Origin: Nannocystis sp. | Lineage (GTDB): Bacteria; Myxococcota_A; Polyangia; Nannocystales; Nannocystaceae | Assembly (NCBI RefSeq): GCF_016714285.1 | Contig: NZ_JADJNN010000008.1 | Span: 260,669 to 324,668 of the forward strand | Direction: 5' to 3' | DNA length: 64,000 bases | Shown: positions 54,939-63,296 of the stretch, one piece after another | How the letters are laid out: each line of letters opens with the position of its first letter | Position numbering within the stretch: position 1 is the stretch's first letter | The notes under the pieces: model-generated | The model's database searches: none | Seen by the model: the letters and a program-made list of their open reading frames with translations, nothing else | What the model was told of the DNA's origin: nothing | Made by a program: the position numbers and the translations under genes

Positions 54939-55660
54939 TGCCCGTCCTGTCACGCTTGCCGCGAACGTCGCTCGCTGGGGTCTCGCTGTTGCTCGCCTGC
55001 GCGAGTAAGCCCGCCGAGGGTGTGGGGGCCCCGGCCGCGCCGGCGACCGATCACCGGGCCCGTGGGCACCACAAGCACCACCGCTTCGACAACGCCGAGC
55101 AGTGGGCGGCCCAGTTCGACAACCCGGCGCGCGACGCCTGGCAGCATCCTGAGGCGGTCGTCGCCGCCCTCGCGCTGGCCCCGGACGCGACGGTCGCCGA
55201 CCTCGGGGCGGGCACCGGCTACTTCGCCGTGCGCCTGGCCCGGGCCGTCCCACGCGGCCGCGTCTACGCCGAGGACCTCGAGCCCGACATGGTCCGCTAC
55301 CTCGGTGAGCGAGCGACCCGCGAGGGCCTCGGCAACCTCGTGGCAGTGCGCGGCGAGCCGGCCGATCCGCGGCTACCGGTGGTGGTCGACGCCGCGATCA
55401 TGGTCGACACCTACCATCACGTCGACGATCCGGACCGCTTCTTCGCCGCGCTGCGCGAGCGCCTGCGCCCGGACGGCGCCCTGGTCATCGTCGACTTCAA
55501 GAAGGACGCGCCGGACGACGCCCCCGGGCCGCCCGCGGCGATGCGGATCGCCGACGAGGTGGTGGTCGCTCGCCTCGTCGCGCTCGGCTTCACGCACGTC
55601 CGCACCGACCGCGATCTGCTGCCCTACCAGTACCTGGTCCATCTGCGACGCGGACCTTGA
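54938..55660 (+). CDS. Class I SAM-dependent methyltransferase (lipoprotein signal)
   Basis: LLACAS lipobox; motif I VADLGAGTGYF, motif post-I VYAEDLEP; start overlaps upstream stop. Confidence 0.7.
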   Translation: MPVLSRLPRTSLAGVSLLLACASKPAEGVGAPAAPATDHRARGHHKHHRFDNAEQWAAQFDNPARDAWQHPEAVVAALALAPDATVADLGAGTGYFAVRLARAVPRGRVYAEDLEPDMVRYLGERATREGLGNLVAVRGEPADPRLPVVVDAAIMVDTYHHVDDPDRFFAALRERLRPDGALVIVDFKKDAPDDAPGPPAAMRIADEVVVARLVALGFTHVRTDRDLLPYQYLVHLRRGP

Positions 55661-55772
55661 GCCCCACGTGGACCGCCGGCCATGGACTCGAGTCCATGGT
55701 CAGGCCCGGATCCCGCGAATTCGGCCCGCAGCGGCCTCGGCGGGCTGGCGCAGGACTTGCTGAGCGGAGCCC

Positions 55773-57218
55773 ATGACGCGCGCCCACCTGTGTCCTCTGC
55801 TCTGCCTCGCGCTCCTCCTGCCCGCCTGCGGCGACGACGGCAGCGACGAGACCCTGACCGGCTCGACCGCGGCCACCGAAGGCAACTCGAGCTCGCCCAC
55901 GAGCGGACCGACGCCGACCAGCGGCGACACCGGCGAGCCGGCGAGTCGGCCCAACTGGCACGAGGACATCGCGCCGTTGGTGGCCGAGCACTGCGGCAGC
56001 TGTCACTACGACGGCGGCATTGCGCCGTTTAGCATGGCGAGCTACGAGGGCGTGAAGCCGTGGGCGCCGGCGATGGCGGCCGACGTCGAGATGGGCATCA
56101 TGCCGCCGTGGCACGCCCTCGAGACCGACGAGTGCACGCCGCCCTTCGCGTTCAAGCACGACGCCCGCCTGAGCGACGATCTCAAGGCGCTGATCAGCGA
56201 GTGGTCGGCCAACGGCGCGCCGGAGGGCGACCCCAAGCTGGCCGCGCCGATCCCCGACGCGCCCTCGCTCGACCTGGTGGGCGCGAACAAGACGGCGTTG
56301 ATGCAGTCGGAGCTGACGGTGCCGGCAGCGGGCCAGGTCCGCGACTACTTCAACTGCCTGAGCATCGACCCCGGCAACGCCGGCACCGTGTACCTCGACG
56401 GCATCCAGGTCATCGCGGGCAACCGCTCGATCGTGCATCACGTGCTGATCTACGTCGACACCAAGGGCGACTCGGCGAAGTGGCCGGGCGGCGTCAAGAT
56501 GGACTGCGGCGGCGGACCGGGCGGCGTCGCCGGGGCGCAGTTGGTCGCTGGCTGGGTCCCGGGCGGCATGCCGATCGAGCCGCCGGCCGACGTGGGCACC
56601 GAGCTGCCGCCCGGCACGCGCCTGATCATGAACGTGCACTACCACGCTGCCGCGGCGGCGCAGAAGGACTCGAAGACCGGGCTGGCGCTGCGCTGGAAGG
56701 ACACGGCCCCGGCGTGGTCGTCGCTGTTCGTGCTCGTCGGCGACCCCGGCGTCGGCACCTCGCTCGACGGCCCGCTGATGATCCCCGCCGGCGAGAAGGA
56801 CCACGTCGAGGAGTACTCGTGGAAGGTCAGCTTCAACGGCAAGGACTTCCCCGACCTCGTCGACGTGCGCCTGTGGGCCGCGCTCAACCACATGCATAAG
56901 GTCGGCGTCGACCTCAAGGTGTGGATCGAGGACCGCGACACCGGCGACGCGACCTGCCTGCTGCAGACGCCGAAGTGGGACTTCAACTGGCAGCGCTCCT
57001 ATGCCTACGACACGCCGATCGAGAGCGGCTTCCGCGTCCGCTCCGGCGACACGGTGCGGGTCCGTTGCACCTACGACAACACCCTCGACAACCCCGGGGT
57101 CCAGGAGATGCTCGCCGAGGTCGGCGGCAAGGAGCCGGTCGACGTGGTCCTGGGCGAGGGTACGCTCAACGAGATGTGCATCACCGGCCTCGGCGTAGCG
57201 ATCAAGGGCGGCCTGTAG
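55773..57218 (+). CDS. Lipoprotein with PHM/DBH-like copper type II monooxygenase fold and N-terminal CXXCH motif
   Basis: Lipobox LLPACG; CGSCH; putative CuH ligands HH (IVHHVLIY) + H (NVHYH), CuM ligands HxH (NHMH) + M (NEMC) with PHM-like spacing. Confidence 0.6.
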   Translation: MTRAHLCPLLCLALLLPACGDDGSDETLTGSTAATEGNSSSPTSGPTPTSGDTGEPASRPNWHEDIAPLVAEHCGSCHYDGGIAPFSMASYEGVKPWAPAMAADVEMGIMPPWHALETDECTPPFAFKHDARLSDDLKALISEWSANGAPEGDPKLAAPIPDAPSLDLVGANKTALMQSELTVPAAGQVRDYFNCLSIDPGNAGTVYLDGIQVIAGNRSIVHHVLIYVDTKGDSAKWPGGVKMDCGGGPGGVAGAQLVAGWVPGGMPIEPPADVGTELPPGTRLIMNVHYHAAAAAQKDSKTGLALRWKDTAPAWSSLFVLVGDPGVGTSLDGPLMIPAGEKDHVEEYSWKVSFNGKDFPDLVDVRLWAALNHMHKVGVDLKVWIEDRDTGDATCLLQTPKWDFNWQRSYAYDTPIESGFRVRSGDTVRVRCTYDNTLDNPGVQEMLAEVGGKEPVDVVLGEGTLNEMCITGLGVAIKGGL

Positions 57219-57242
57219 CCCGCGCCTCGACACGGGGGTCGT

Positions 57243-59081
57243 TCAGATCGCCGGTGTCGGGCTGGCGACCGCGCGCGCGGGCGCGGAGAAGGCGAGCTCG
57301 ACGAGGCCCGGCAGCGGGGTCGCCTGCGGGTGCAGCTCCATGCGGCCGAGGCTGCGGTCCATGTCGCGGGCGATCGGTGACAGGCTGCGGCGGCGCTGGC
57401 CGCCCTCGGCCACCTGCGCGGCCAGGCGCTCGGGCGACGGGCGGCGCGGCCATTCGGCCAGGCCGACGGCCGCGGCCAGGTCGGCGCCCTGCGCGGGCCC
57501 GAGGGCGGCCAGCGCCCGCAGGACCAGCTCGTCGAGCACCTCCTCGGTCCACGCGAGCTTCTCCTGCATGAACGCATGGACCTCGTCGGGGCTCATCTCG
57601 CGGGCGAGGTCGAGGTGGAGGTTGGCGAGGATCGAGGGGATCGTCGGCACCTTCACGTGCACCGGGCGGGGCAGGTCCGCTTCACCCGGGACGGCGCGCC
57701 GGGCCCACTGCGAGAGCAGCAGCTGGGCCCGCCGCTGCAGCGCGCCGAACTGGTCGGCCAGCGCCTCGAAGCGGCCGTGCTCGGCCGCGGGCAGCTTGTA
57801 GATGCGGCGAAAGAAGTACTGGCAGAGGAAGGACCAGTAGGTGAAGTCGTCCCAGTACACCTTCGCAGCCATCACCCGCGGGTTGCCGAGGACCGGCCCC
57901 GAGTCGCGGTAGATCTCGATCGTGGCGGCGAACATCTTGCGGTAGAAGCGATCGAAGCGGTCCGCCATCTCGGCCATCTCGGTGGTGTCGCCGCCGCGCA
58001 GGCGGGCCTTGAGCAGCTCCGTGGTGAACGAGTTGGCGACGGCGATGAAGTCGGAGCCCGGCGAGTAGAAGGGGTCGGCGAACACGCCGGCGTCGCCGAT
58101 CAGCGACCAGCGGTCGGCCGAGAAGCAGCGCGTGCTGCCGTGGCTGTAGTGCTTGAGGCACAGGAAGTCCTCGGCCGGCAGGTCCTTGATCTGGGCGTGG
58201 CACAGCGGCTCGTGCTTGGCGACCCAGGCCAGCGAGCGCTCGAAAGTTCGGATCGTGTCGAAGGGGTGAAACTCGTCGTGGACGACGATGCCGATCGAGG
58301 TGTGGGCCTCGCCGCCGGGGCCCGGGGCGAGCGGGATGTACCACAGCCAGTAACCCGTCCCCATGAAGTGCACGGTCGAGTACCAGCGGTTGTGCTCGCG
58401 GTCGCGGTTGTGCCACCAGGCCTCGCTCGCGGGCACGAGGTCGGCGACGTCGACCCGGCCCTTGACCCGCCACCACGACGCGTTGGCGAGGTGGCCGCTC
58501 GGGGTCTTGAGCCCGAGCTTGGTCTTGAGCAGCGCGCGGCGGCCGGTGGCGTCGACGAACCAGCCCGCGCGCAGGGTGCGGGTCGTGCCGTCGTGGGCCT
58601 CGATGTGGACGAGGTGGTCGTCGGCGCCGTCGCTGGCGAGGGTGACGTCCTTGACGCTGTGGCCCTCGAGCAGGGTGACGCCGTCGGCGACGTTCATGGC
58701 CCGCAGGTCGCCCTCGAGGCGGCCGCGGTCGAGCTGGAACGACGGCACCTTGGCCAGCTCGGGCGGGCCGATCTCGGTGCGCTGCTCGAGCGGCAGCGTG
58801 TGCCCGCCGCCGGGATAGAAGCGCAGGCCGTTCTTGAGGTAGTGGTGCGTGCGCAGGTACGTGTCGAGGCCGAGCACGACGCTGAAGTAGTTGGAGGACA
58901 GCTCGACCGAGGACTCGCCGACCTTGTGCGCCGCCGCCGGCAGCGGTCGGGCCTGACGCTCGATCACGGCGACCCGCGCCTCGGGCAGCTCACGCCGCAG
59001 CTGGCGCGCCAGGGCCTGCCCGGCCAGGCCGCCGCCGCCGATCACGACATCGAAGTGTTCGGGTGCTCGCTCGCTGTGCAT
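57243..59081 (-). CDS. Flavin-dependent halogenase (tryptophan-halogenase family)
   Basis: FAD motif FDVVIGGGGLAG, halogenase signature GTGYWLWYIPL (WxWxIP) and FADPFYSPGSD. Confidence 0.75.
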   Translation of the reverse strand: MHSERAPEHFDVVIGGGGLAGQALARQLRRELPEARVAVIERQARPLPAAAHKVGESSVELSSNYFSVVLGLDTYLRTHHYLKNGLRFYPGGGHTLPLEQRTEIGPPELAKVPSFQLDRGRLEGDLRAMNVADGVTLLEGHSVKDVTLASDGADDHLVHIEAHDGTTRTLRAGWFVDATGRRALLKTKLGLKTPSGHLANASWWRVKGRVDVADLVPASEAWWHNRDREHNRWYSTVHFMGTGYWLWYIPLAPGPGGEAHTSIGIVVHDEFHPFDTIRTFERSLAWVAKHEPLCHAQIKDLPAEDFLCLKHYSHGSTRCFSADRWSLIGDAGVFADPFYSPGSDFIAVANSFTTELLKARLRGGDTTEMAEMADRFDRFYRKMFAATIEIYRDSGPVLGNPRVMAAKVYWDDFTYWSFLCQYFFRRIYKLPAAEHGRFEALADQFGALQRRAQLLLSQWARRAVPGEADLPRPVHVKVPTIPSILANLHLDLAREMSPDEVHAFMQEKLAWTEEVLDELVLRALAALGPAQGADLAAAVGLAEWPRRPSPERLAAQVAEGGQRRRSLSPIARDMDRSLGRMELHPQATPLPGLVELAFSAPARAVASPTPAI

Positions 59082-59251
59082 GCCGCAAGTCCTCGCGCCG
59101 CGGGCCTCGTCGGCGCGGGCCAAGGATACGCAAGGTCGCCGCGTTTGCCCGCGCAAAGGTGTGCGTTCGCGCTCTGCGCAGCGCCCGGCCAATCTCCCTC
59201 CTGGCGCGCTGGACGTCGCCTCGCGCCCTCGTTACCATTCCGTACCCAAAA

Positions 59252-59512
59252 ATGACGCGCGCGGAAATTTCTCAGCGGGTGGTCGGCATCCTGGTCAAGA
59301 CCTTCGAGCTCGACCCCGCCGACATTCACCCCGAATCTCGGCTCTACGAGGACCTCGACCTCGACAGCATCGACGCGGTCGACATGTTCGTCGAGCTGCA
59401 CGAGATCACCGGGCGACGCATCGACCCCGAGGTCGCCCGCAAGATCCGCACGGTCGACGACATCGTCGGCCTCGTCGAGTCCGAGCTGGCGAGCGCAGGC
59501 GCGGCATCCTGA
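59252..59512 (+). CDS. Acyl carrier protein
   Basis: 86 aa, acidic, phosphopantetheine-site motif LDLDSIDAVD. Confidence 0.75.
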   Translation: MTRAEISQRVVGILVKTFELDPADIHPESRLYEDLDLDSIDAVDMFVELHEITGRRIDPEVARKIRTVDDIVGLVESELASAGAAS

Positions 59513-59542
59513 GCGCGAGAGCTCCGCCAGCGCCCGTGCCCC

Positions 59543-60202
59543 GTGCCGAAGTTCCTCCGCATCCTGCTGTCCGCGTCGGCCTTCGCGGCGTTCTTCTTCA
59601 CCGCCTCGGTGCTGGGTCGCCTGCTGCTGCCGATCGTGGTCCACTGGCCTGGCTCGCCGGAGCGGCGTCAGGCCCGGCGCCAGCGCCTGCTGCTGCTCTC
59701 GTACCGCAGCTTCATCGGCTACATGCGGGCGCTGCGGCTGATGGGCTATATCCCCGGCGCCGACGACCGGGCGCTGCCCGAGGCGAGTGACGGCGAGTCC
59801 GGCGAGGACCGCAGCCCGGTGCTGCTGCGGATGGTCGAGCACCTGCGCTCGGGTCATCCGCTGCTGGTGTTCCCGGAGGCCTCGCGCTCGCACGAGCGAT
59901 CGCTGCGCCGCTTCCGTCGCGGCGCGATCGAGGCGGCGATCCGCGCCGGCGTGCCGATCGTCCCGGCCTTCATCTCGGTGGTGCCGCCGATGCTGATGAA
60001 GCACCAGGCCTGGTACGACGTGCCGGCCCGCGGCGGGCGCTACACGGTCGAGTTCTTCCCGGTGATCACGACCGCGGGCCAAAGCCTCGACTCGCGCGTG
60101 CTGGCGCGGGAGCTGCGGGCCCGCTACGAGCAGCGCCACGCGCAGATGCTGGCCGAGCGCGACGCCCTCGCGGCCGCGAGCTCGCGCAAGGCGCTGGCCT
60201 GA
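59543..60202 (+). CDS. LPLAT-superfamily acyltransferase (PlsC-like, atypical)
   Basis: N-terminal TM, motif III LVFPEASRS and motif IV VPIVPAF present; HX4D not evident. Confidence 0.6.
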   Translation: MPKFLRILLSASAFAAFFFTASVLGRLLLPIVVHWPGSPERRQARRQRLLLLSYRSFIGYMRALRLMGYIPGADDRALPEASDGESGEDRSPVLLRMVEHLRSGHPLLVFPEASRSHERSLRRFRRGAIEAAIRAGVPIVPAFISVVPPMLMKHQAWYDVPARGGRYTVEFFPVITTAGQSLDSRVLARELRARYEQRHAQMLAERDALAAASSRKALA

Positions 60203-60308
60203 GCCGTAACCTGAGCCGTGGCCTCGAGCTGTGCGCCCGAGCTGTGCGTCTTTGCCGGGGCCGCGGATCGCGTTGACATTGCCGACGCGCTCCGCGAGCC
60301 TCCACCCC

Positions 60309-61577
60309 ATGAGCGAGCGCTTCGATGTCGTGATCGTGGGGGCCGGGCTCTCGGGGGTCGGCGCGGCGTGCCATCTGAGGCGCTCGTGCCCGGGCAAGTC
60401 CTTCGTGCTGCTCGAGGGCCGCGAGGCGATCGGCGGCACCTGGGACCTGTTTCGTTACCCGGGGATCCGCTCCGACTCGGACATGTACACCTTCGGCTAC
60501 GCGTTCGAGCCGTGGAAGGGGGACAAGGCGCTGGCCGACGGCCCGGCGATCCGCGCCTATGTGCAGGCCACGGCCCGCAAGTACGACGTCGACACGCAGG
60601 TGCGCTTCGGCCACCGCGTGACGCGGCTGTCGTGGTCGAGCGTCGACGCCGAGTGGACGATCGAGGTGACCCGCAGCGACGGCAGCAGCGCCCGCTTCAC
60701 CGCCGGCTTCGTGTGGATGTGCACCGGCTACTACCGCTACGACGCCGGCCACACGCCGGAATTCGCGGGCCGCGAGCGCTTCCGCGGGCGCATCGTCCAC
60801 CCGCAGCACTGGCCCGAGGACCTCGACTACAGCGGCCAGCGGGTGGTCGTGATCGGCAGCGGCGCGACCGCGGTGACGCTGGTGCCGGCGATGGCCGGAC
60901 GCGCCGCGCACGTGACCATGCTGCAGCGCTCGCCGAGCTATGTGCTGTCGCGGCCGGCGACCGACGCGGTGGCCCGGGGTCTGCGGCGGGTGCTCCCGGA
61001 GCGCGTCGCGTACGCGCTGTCGCGCTGGAAGAACGTGGCCCTGGCGACGCTGCTGTACCAGCTGTCGCGGCGGCGCCCCGCGGGCATGAAGCGCTTCCTC
61101 ATCGATCAGGTGCAGCGCGCGCTCGGCCCGGATTACCCCGTCGATCCGGACTTCACCCCGCGCTACGACCCGTGGGATCAGCGCCTGTGCCTGGTCCCGG
61201 AGAACGACCTGTTCGTGGCGATCCGCGAGGGCAAGGCCGATGTCGTCACGGACACGGTCGAGTGCTTCACCGAGACGGGGATCCGCCTCGGCTCCGGCGC
61301 CGAGCTGCCGGCCGATCTGGTGGTGACCGCGACCGGGCTCGAGCTGCTGTTCCTCGGCGGCAGCGAGCTGGTGGTCGACGGGCGCACGATCGATGTGGCG
61401 GCCGAGATGAGCTTCAAGGGCATGATGCTGAGCGGGGTGCCCAACCTGGCGTTCACGGTCGGCTACACCAACGCGTCGTGGACGCTGCGTGCGGACCTGG
61501 TGGCGGAGCACGTGTGCCGATTGCTGCACCACATGGATCGGGTCGGGGCGCGCAAGGTGGTGCCGCGGCGCTTGTGA
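60309..61577 (+). CDS. Baeyer-Villiger-type flavin monooxygenase (class B FPMO)
   Basis: FAD GxGxxG VVIVGAGLSG, BVMO fingerprint FRGRIVHPQHWPE (FxGxxxHxxxWP), NADP GxGxxA VIGSGATA. Confidence 0.8.
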   Translation: MSERFDVVIVGAGLSGVGAACHLRRSCPGKSFVLLEGREAIGGTWDLFRYPGIRSDSDMYTFGYAFEPWKGDKALADGPAIRAYVQATARKYDVDTQVRFGHRVTRLSWSSVDAEWTIEVTRSDGSSARFTAGFVWMCTGYYRYDAGHTPEFAGRERFRGRIVHPQHWPEDLDYSGQRVVVIGSGATAVTLVPAMAGRAAHVTMLQRSPSYVLSRPATDAVARGLRRVLPERVAYALSRWKNVALATLLYQLSRRRPAGMKRFLIDQVQRALGPDYPVDPDFTPRYDPWDQRLCLVPENDLFVAIREGKADVVTDTVECFTETGIRLGSGAELPADLVVTATGLELLFLGGSELVVDGRTIDVAAEMSFKGMMLSGVPNLAFTVGYTNASWTLRADLVAEHVCRLLHHMDRVGARKVVPRRL

Positions 61578-61578
61578 A

Positions 61579-61846
61579 CGATCGGGTGCGCGGAGGACGT
61601 CGCGCGGGCCGGTGCGGTCCGGCTGGGCGTCCGCGGAGGCTCGAGAAGCCGGATGTCCGAGAGGGGGGTCGCCCTCAAACACGGCCTGACACACCGTCGC
61701 CGGGGTGATATCCGGGTCTACGCCGGACTCGGTCGACCCCCCTCTCGGCCCTCCGGCAAGTGAAGCCTCCGCTCAAGGACGGTGCGGTCGGCCTCGCCGA
61801 AAGCCGGACCGCACCGGCCCTGAGGGCGCGACATGGCTGCATGGAC
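61579..61846. repeat. Structured inverted-repeat element copy A (~268 bp, itself a long imperfect palindrome)
   Basis: Near-identical to reverse complement of 62953-63223; internal arms GGGCCGGTGCGGTCCGGC...GCCGGACCGCACCGGCCC and CCGAGAGGGGGGTCG...CGACCCCCCTCTCGG. Confidence 0.85.
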
Positions 61847-61891
61847 ATGTCCCTTACGACATGCGGCCCGCGGCCCGCGGTTGGAATCACG

Positions 61892-62896
61892 TCATAAAGG
61901 GATAGCGCAGACGCCCACGTGCTTGAAGCCAAACGGGTTCGGGTCGAACCATTGCACACATGTTTGGTCAGGGTTTGGGCAGGGGTCCATCCTCGTCAAG
62001 TCGCAGAAGGGCTGGCAGCAGCCCTGGGAGCCCTGCATGCACGCGCTCGAGGCGCTGGCGGTGTCGATGCAGACGAGGCCCTTGTCGCAGGCGTTGGGGA
62101 GGTCGCAGGGGTCGTTGGTCTTGCCCATGTCGCCCGAGGCTTCGACGCACTTTACGCTCCCGTCGATGATGAGGCACAACTCGTCGCCGGGGCAGTCCTG
62201 AATCAGCGGATTGCAGACCGGTAGGCAGAGGTTCAGCACGCTGTCGCCGAAGATGTGACACGAGAGGTCACCGTCGCAGATCGGGGCGTCAGGGGTGCCT
62301 GTGCAAAAGGCGACGCAGTGGCCCATGTTCATGTTGTTGACGTCGACGGCCCAGCACATCGCACCCGCTTCGCAGTTGTCGATGCCGCTGACACCGCTGC
62401 CCTCGGCCGTGCAGATGTCGCCGGGGACCTTGTCACCGGTCACAGGGACACATTTGGTGGCGTTCCAGTTCCCGCCGCCATCGTCGGCCCACACGGTGCA
62501 CTTCTCGCCGGGAGCGCAGTCCTGCTTGTACACGTCACACTTGATCGTGCCCCCATTGTCAAAATCGTGGCCGGTGATGAAGCCGCTGGGATAGTCGCTG
62601 GTCGAGCACGCGGTATCGCAGGGGCCCGTGCTGCTGGTGCTTGTGGGGGTTCCGATCGTCGGGGCGCTGGCCTCGGTGCTGCTTGTGGGGCTGGTGGTGG
62701 TGGTGCTGCTGCTGCCGCTGCTGCCGCCCTCCGTGGTCTGCGGCTTCGTGGGGCCGCAGGCGAGCAGCATGGCGACACCCAGGCCCAAGGCTGCGATCGC
62801 GACCGGGGCGGGGGCGTCGAGCAATTCGACGCCGCAGATCGGGCAGCGCGCCTCCACGCGGCGGACGAGACGGTGGCAGCGATGACACGTTCTCAT
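61892..62896 (-). CDS. Cys-rich lipoprotein with N-terminal zinc-ribbon-like CxxC..CxxC and Ser/Thr linker
   Basis: MRTCHRCHRLVRRVEARCPICG then TM/lipobox AMLLACG, ~40 Cys in mature part; lower GC. Confidence 0.6.
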   Translation of the reverse strand: MRTCHRCHRLVRRVEARCPICGVELLDAPAPVAIAALGLGVAMLLACGPTKPQTTEGGSSGSSSTTTTSPTSSTEASAPTIGTPTSTSSTGPCDTACSTSDYPSGFITGHDFDNGGTIKCDVYKQDCAPGEKCTVWADDGGGNWNATKCVPVTGDKVPGDICTAEGSGVSGIDNCEAGAMCWAVDVNNMNMGHCVAFCTGTPDAPICDGDLSCHIFGDSVLNLCLPVCNPLIQDCPGDELCLIIDGSVKCVEASGDMGKTNDPCDLPNACDKGLVCIDTASASSACMQGSQGCCQPFCDLTRMDPCPNPDQTCVQWFDPNPFGFKHVGVCAIPL

Positions 62897-62952
62897 CGCT
62901 GCACGCTATCAGTGCGCACACGTTCTGGGCAGCGTCGCCGGCGAGGGCGGTA

Positions 62953-63223
62953 CGCTGGCCGTGCAGCCATGTCGCGCCCCCAGGGCCGGTGCGGTCCGGC
63001 GCTCGGCGAGGCCGACCGCACCGTCCCTTGGCGGAGGCTTCGCTTGCCGGAGGGCCGGAAGAGGCCTCGACCGAGTCCGGCGTAGACCCGGATTTCACCC
63101 CGGCGACGGTTTGTCAGGCCGTGTTTGAGGGCGAGGCCTCTTCCGGACATCCGGCTTCTCGAGCCTGCGCGGGCGCCCAGCCGGACCGCACCGGCCCGTG
63201 CGACGTCGTCCGCGCCCCGATCG
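62953..63223. repeat. Structured inverted-repeat element copy B (inverted relative to copy A)
   Basis: Reverse complement aligns with copy A over ~265 bp with clustered compensatory differences (CCGGAAGAGGCCTCG...CGAGGCCTCTTCCGG). Confidence 0.85.
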
Positions 63224-63296
63224 CCAAGAACCCCCATGTCGAGGTCCCAGCACCGTGCACGATCGACGGTGCGGGCGGAGCCGCGGTGTCGAGGTA

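Noticed and set aside
57576-59255. 559-aa plus-strand ORF
   Set aside because: Antisense to the halogenase, which has FAD and WxWxIP motifs
60066-61694. 542-aa minus-strand ORF
   Set aside because: Antisense to BVMO gene with intact fingerprint motifs
61705-61905. 66-aa ORF (and its counterpart 62559..63098 on minus strand) encoded within the inverted structured repeats
   Set aside because: The two peptides differ by non-conservative substitutions (DPPL vs EASS) exactly where the DNA shows compensatory stem changes, so structure rather than protein is conserved
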